Of a DNA stretch of 49,535 nt, positions 43,573 through 49,535 are shown one piece after another. The stretch is from Octopus bimaculoides (taxonomy: Eukaryota). Within the stretch, counting starts at the first letter, position 1. Each line of letters begins with the position of its first letter. Made by a program: the position numbers and the translations under genes. The notes beneath the pieces are model-generated. The model was not told the DNA's origin, did not search any database, and worked only from the letters and a program-made list of their open reading frames with translations. The DNA lies in assembly GCF_001194135.2 (NCBI RefSeq), contig NC_068981.1, positions 119,542,069 to 119,591,603 on the forward strand, given 5' to 3'.

Positions 43573-45500
43573 ATATATTGAAGGGTGCTGATGCAAATTA
43601 TCTCTGGTATAATACATGAAAACTTACCATAAATAAACCAAATAATATCAAAGTATAAAATGTATGTGTTCACCTTGGCAAAAAAAGTAGACGTATTACT
43701 GGGTGTAAAGTGAAAATTTTATTATTTTTAATACAGAAGATAAGCGTGACCAATTCCATCTTAAGGAAAGACACTTTTTTACACTACAAATTCTATTCTC
43801 ACTTTACATGTAAATAATCTGGTGGACCTGGTGCACAGTCACCCCACAAAATTGACCTTTCCGATGTGCCACACAGTAGGACTGAAACCGGAACCATGTG
43901 TTTGGGAAGTAAGCTTCTTACCACACAGCCACTCCTGCGCCTATTATGTTAAAGTTTTTATTATTTTGGAATGAAGAACACAAACACAAGTGCTGAGCCG
44001 GTGACTAAACTTGTATTTTGTTGGGATTAACCCAATGAATTGACAGCAAAATAATTGCTTCTATCAGAATTATTTACCTTTAAAGTGAAAAAATAAAAAC
44101 GTATGTGACAGGTAGGCGGAGGTAAAGAATATGCACACCACCCATTTTGGGTGTAACAAAAACCCCTAGCCCTAAACACCAGGTGGGCTTTACTTTTGCC
44201 TGACAGGTATGTAAAATATAAGAAAGTGCCACAGAAATACAATTTGGTTTGCCTCTCCATCTTCTTGCTTAACACAATAACGCCTGTAGGTAGACTATTC
44301 CTTAAATTAATAGACAAGCGTTTTACTAGCTTCTATAGGTATGGGCCCATTTTCAACATGCACAGCATTAGGGTCTCGTTTAGCTGTGCCTCCAATATTA
44401 AGAGCATCCTAGTTAGCTTCCCTAAGCCACAGGAGGTGGTAGGCTGTTCATGCAGGAACCAAAACAGTTGCCCAGCAGGAGGCCGCTGCAAAACCAAAGG
44501 GATCGTCTATCAAACCGAAGTACTAGCAAACCCTGCAAATACCACCGGCAGAAGCAATAGCAGCCATAAACACGGGAACAAAGCCAACAACACTGCCACC
44601 ATCACCGCAGTGGACAATGTTAGCAACAACACTAACTCAGCTTTGGTAACTTTCCACCCAACCCCCAACCCCCAGAAGGCAGCATTACTAATGTCAGCAG
44701 CATCACCATCAACACCAGACTTACCAATAGCTGCCCTGATGTCCACAGTAGCAAACCTAACAGCCCCTATAGTAGCAGCAGAAACAGGTCCAGTGCCATC
44801 ACTGGCTATAATGGCAACAACAGCAGCGGCCCTAGCAGAAGCACCGGCATAACCACAGTCAATGACTCCTCTAGCAGCAGTGGCAGCTCCTCAAAGATTG
44901 CAATAATAATTGTAATAACAACAATAGCACCTTCTGTTACAACCGGCAGTGGCGATAGCATTATCAACGCCACTGCCACCTCCAGCATTGCCAACACCAG
45001 CGGTCTTGACTCCAACAACAATATCAGCGACAGCAACAACAACAACAACAACAAGAGGTGCAGCACTGACAACACAGGCAGGGGCAATAACATTACTGTC
45101 AACACCACCACCTCAAGTAACGCCATCACCAGCAGCCCCAGCTCCAACAACAACACCATCGGCGGCAACAGCAGCAACAGGTGCAGTACCGATAGCACAC
45201 GCCCATGGAAATATATTGGGTTATTGGGAATTTCCAGCCATAGGTCCACCTTCAGAGTTCCAGAAAGGAGATACGTAACATTGCTGTCCAGTCACATCTG
45301 GCAACTAAGAGATGATGGGGTCCCATATTCAATCTCATGGAAAATACTTGAAAACTCAGGCCCTATATCAACAGGACAAAGTGTTGCAAGTTTTGCATAG
45401 CTGAATGCAGGAGAATCCTAAAAGACTTGCTGGAACAAAGGAGCATCCTTAACTCCAGAATGAAGATTTTAGGAAATTCTGGTTAGCGTTTTGGAATTCA

Positions 45501-45510
45501 CAAAATGGCG
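45501..45510 (+). promoter_or_regulatory. YY1-like motif CAAAATGGCG in the PLE 3' region
   Basis: Matches the YY1 core AAAATGGCG; function untested. Confidence 0.35.
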
Positions 45511-45716
45511 ACACGGCCGATAATTGATAGCCAATGGTAAAGGGAGATAATCCCCTATCATTTTACCATTGTTTACCCTGAAGCCTTTGAAGACTGCAAC
45601 ATGGCAGCACAGCTGGGAGTCGATAGCCATTGGCAAAGGGAGATAATCTCCCATTGTTTACCTTCATAGCGAGATTTTTTTCTCCTTCCGTATTTTGAAG
45701 AGGTCTTAGGCCAATA

Positions 45717-45789
45717 GGCTTTGGGGCCTGACGATACACCATAAAGTTGGACCCTTTATGGAGGGAAACCCAGGGTAATCCCATAAACC
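45717..45789 (+). ncRNA. Candidate minimal type I hammerhead ribozyme, partly degenerate
   Basis: CTGACGA 45728-45734; stem II CCATAAAG/CTTTATGG; GAAA 45765-45768; stem III ACCC-A-GGGT; GTA triplet 45775-45777; imperfect stem I. Confidence 0.7.
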
Positions 45790-48700
45790 GACCTTCCCCA
45801 TTAAAATATATATGTGTGTGTTATTGTCACTTTGGCATGACATTGTGTGATAATTGTAAGCGAGTGTCGTCACCCTCATGCAAGCAGTGTTCGCCGATTC
45901 CAATCTTCTGCAAAAACATGTCTGGCCATGGGGGAAATATTGTCTTGGAAACAGGTGAGGGTTCGTGACAGGAAGAGCATCTGGCCATAGAAAATCCACC
46001 TCAACAAATTCTGTGTGAACATCCAAGCGTGGAAAATTAGACATCATGATGATGATGATGATGATGACAATGACACTTGACTATGTGGCCCAAACTCTAC
46101 AAAAAGACAGGGCAGTTATGGTTGGAACGCCTTTGATCATAGGCCTGCAGGTTCAAGCCTCAACTGGAACCAGGCTACTTCCATAATAGTGCTGACGGTT
46201 CCTGATTTAGGTATAGAACCAGTAGTTATGTGGAGAGGAGGGTTCATCGATTACATTGACTCCTTCCTCCCAGCAACCGTATTAGACTGCTATTATATTT
46301 TATGGACCTTGAAAGTATGAAAGGCAAATTTGACCTCCACGGGATTAGAACTCAGAACGTAAAGACTCAGAAGAACTATCACTAGGCATTTTATCCAACG
46401 CTTTAGTGACTTTGTCAATCCACCGTCCCCAGACAACAAAAGAACCTTTATGTGGTCGCTTGACCAGCTAGAATTCGTAGTTAAGTCTGTCTCAAAATCA
46501 CACCTTGTCCACCTTAAAAAAATGTAAGGGGAATGACACTAGATATTATAATCGTAGTATCTGATATAAAAGACGGGATGGTCATGTCTGGAGAGCCTTT
46601 GATTATGAATCTGTTAGATCAAGGCTGACTCACGTCTATACTACTTACAACGCTTCTGTCTTTCTTGCACAGCAAACATTTCAACTTCGTCACGTAAAAA
46701 ATAAAATAAAAATAAACAAAAATCTAAATAAAGATGCTGAAGCGACATCAGTTTGAGAAATTTCCATTTTACATACTTCATTCATTTTGCAGGGCTTTTC
46801 TTTGTCTCTCTCTCTCTCTCTTTCTCTCCCTCTTCACATTTTCTCTCTCTCACATAGACTTTCTGCCTGCCTGTCTGTCTTTTTCTCTTTCTTTCAGTCC
46901 GTCTTTGTCCTTTCTGTCTGTCTGTCTCTCTCTCTTTGTCACACACATACACACTTCACGTATTCATTACATTCATACTACAAGCACATACACTCCACAT
47001 GTACGTACAATATTCTCACGTATTTACCGTGTGTGTGTTTGCTTGTTTGTTTGTTTAGCCCTAGTAACCATGACCATCCCATCTTTTTAGCAGGTATTGC
47101 ATATTTTTCGATAATGTAGTCTCTCAGATATACAAAGCCAAGCACCCCCCCCCCCCNNNNNNNNNNNNNNNNNNGCCGCCAAAGAAAAACTGTCCTTGTT
47201 CTTTTCCGGAGGAGGAGTAGTAACTATTTCTAGCAAATACCACACCTGTGTAGGGGCTCCCCCGTTGGATCGCGTCGTAGCATCAGGTAACTCCTTTGCG
47301 CAGATCAGACGTTCCAAACGTGACAGTCTCATTTTTTCTTCAATCGTTGTGTATGTAGAGCTATCCAACCCATTTATACACAAGATTTCATTTGGGTGGA
47401 AATTTGGCTGACATTTCTAGCAGGTTGAACATGTTACGTTGAAACTCAGTGTGTGTGTGTGTACAAGTGTTTTCCTAAATTATGTAAATTCTTTTGTAAT
47501 CAGAAAAATGTCAAGGAATATATTAATGACAATTCAGTAAAATCAGCAGTGATGAAGGAAACCTGAAAAAATTCTTGAATTAATTGATAAAATTTGTATT
47601 GTGATGACGTGTTAGAAAAAACAGCAACAACAAGAATAACAAAAAGAGTATCAACGAGAAATTAGTTTGGTTTTATTTGCAAACAGCGTAGACCTTGTTT
47701 ATTCCAAATTCACAATCGGTTTGTTCTGAAAAATAAAGAAAAAGTAATGAAAAAACTAAGAATACAATTTTTTTTTTTTTTACTGGATTCAAGGCCAACA
47801 TTTTCTTTAGGAAAGAATATTTAATAGTGGATGTTATTTTATCAGTCCTCGGGGAATGAAAGAGTTTAAACCCTGGTAAGTTTATTTGAACTAAATGCAG
47901 AGGGCTGTAAGATAAAGCATGCGGAGGTAGTGTTTTAGAAGGATATTACTCGGATTACTTAGCTTAACGAAACACTTGAATGGAAAGCATTAAATTCCAT
48001 ACTGAATCAATCGAAACCCAGTAGACCACACTTTTAGCTTCATTGGGAAAAGTAGTCACTGTGGTTAAACTACAAAGTTTTCCCCCCACTTATCCCCACC
48101 ACCAAAAAAGAAAAAAAAAGAAAGATTCAACTGATTAGTTTCAGTGTTCATTAGTTTCACCAGAGATCGCTTATGTATTTCTTCGACTACAGCGGGAACA
48201 ATAATTTATAGCTATTGTAGAAATAAGCTCGGAAAGAATAAAATTTAAGTCAAGTTGTTCCCATAGTATTTCTGTAGTTTGGGGCACCCGATTTTTTTCT
48301 ACTAATCTTTTTCATCCTCTCTATTTTGGATGGGTATAGAATTAAATATTGATTTCAAATTTTGACACAAGGCCAGCAATTTAGGGGGAGGGAGTTTGTC
48401 GATTGCACCGACCCCAGTACTCAACTGGTACTTATTTTATCGACTCCGAAAAAATGAAGGGCAAAGTCGACTTCGGCGGATTTGAACTCAGAATGTAAAG
48501 ATGGACAAAATGCCACTAAGCATTTTGCCTGGCGTGCTAACAATTCTGCTAGCTCACTGTCTTAAGAATAGGATTAAATATTAATGTTAACTTCCATTCA
48601 GTTGTTTCATTTGGCTAAATTATCCAGGGAACATACTTTTTTCCCAAGGATATGAGTGTCATTGATTCTCAGGGAGCTTATCATCCTTTGACGGCTTTTG

Positions 48701-49468
48701 TACTTTAATGGTGCTGGGTGACCACACACTCTCTCTAGGGAGCCGGTTTAGCCTCCGCCAGCTCCGTCACAAGCAGGTAATACTGGATTACATGGTTACC
48801 AGAAAGAGATTTCCATCAGCCTGTGATGAAATTGGTCTGACCTGGCAAAATTTGACCGCTCTAATTTGCATAACAAAGCGGTCTTGCATTAATTAATTAA
48901 TAGAAGCACAGCAGGGTATTTTGTTAGCAAATAAAGTTATGAAAACTGTTATGGTCAAGCCACATGCTTTTTTCCCTCTACAGTCAGAGAAAGGGAGATA
49001 TATATGACTGTTTCAGTATTTATTGTTGCTTCATCAACAATCGATCGATCATTTTCCGACCAATACTGTGTAGCGCCTTTATTTAAAAAGTAAGGCATGT
49101 AGTCCAATGCATTGCCATTTTTACGAAGTCATTGTCATTATCTCTTCGTAAGACAAAATATACAAGTATACGAAGTTTTAAAGTCTTTTGGTAGAAAACA
49201 CTAAATTAAAACTAAATAAAAAATGGTGCCCGCGAAATCAGAAAGATCCCCGCGATGTGTAACATTTATTCCTTTCCTGGGAAAATTAAATAGCATAAGT
49301 AAGGATTGAAACTAAGTTGCTTGACACTAATTTCTTATTTGCTTATTGCTATAATGTTCATAAAAAAATGACAGCGTTTATTTTAAGGACCACGAAACAT
49401 GTCTTCTATTTATGTCGGAATTCTGGCCCAGGTCCGTATATTAGCCAATATCAAATACATCAAAAGTA

Positions 49469-49535
<67 letters not shown>
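49469..49535. repeat. (GCGT)n tetranucleotide microsatellite running off the window
   Basis: Directly visible. Confidence 0.95.

Larger units (their letters stand above)
44040..45790 (+). mobile_element. Penelope-like element relic (Neptune-like): RT thumb remnant, Cys linker, GIY-YIG endonuclease and pLTR-like 3' region
   Basis: RNTIWF; VGRLFLKLIDKRF; IFNMHSIRVSFSCASNIKSI; CSCRNQNSCPAGGRC; GIVYQTEV; then (frame from 45206) WKYIGL, HRSTFR, TLLSSHIWQL, YSISWKIL and a frameshifted CKFC. These match the recalled PLE linker/EN consensus. Confidence 0.85.

Noticed and set aside
44510-45278. Mucin-like or Leu/Val-rich ORFs (44510-44746, 44806-45249, 44949-45278) as an independent gene
   Set aside because: They are off-frame readings of the low-complexity insert inside the PLE endonuclease, with no splice or start context.
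47087-47383. Minus-strand ORF MRLSRLERLIC... as a gene
   Set aside because: It has no recognisable homology, crosses a gap, and no further minus-strand exons were found.

Overview
AT-rich, repeat-dense animal genomic DNA with six scaffold gaps. The SINE/LINE complement and microsatellite load suggest an octopus (inference, not database-checked). Bases 446-36339 (+) hold the last 18 coding exons of a PTPN23 (HD-PTP) orthologue: the V/coiled-coil domain, a very long Gln/Pro/Ser-rich region, a degenerate PTP domain and a conserved DPLSSLDPLW tail. All GT-AG junctions were traced by hand with matching phases. The only frame break is at an N gap inside a coding minisatellite. The Bro1 exons lie upstream of the window. 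The introns and downstream region carry a solo LTR, three or four tRNA-derived SINE types, RTE and CR1-like LINE fragments, a Tc1 relic, and hAT, Tc1 and piggyBac-like MITEs. The most striking non-genic object is a Penelope-like element relic at about 44.0-45.8 kb. Its GIY-YIG endonuclease is split by about 230 codons of Asn/Ser/Thr-rich sequence, and it is followed by a YY1-like site, palindromic direct repeats and a candidate minimal type I hammerhead ribozyme. Human sequence comparisons are from memory. No searches were run, and repeat boundaries are approximate unless a TSD or TIR is given.
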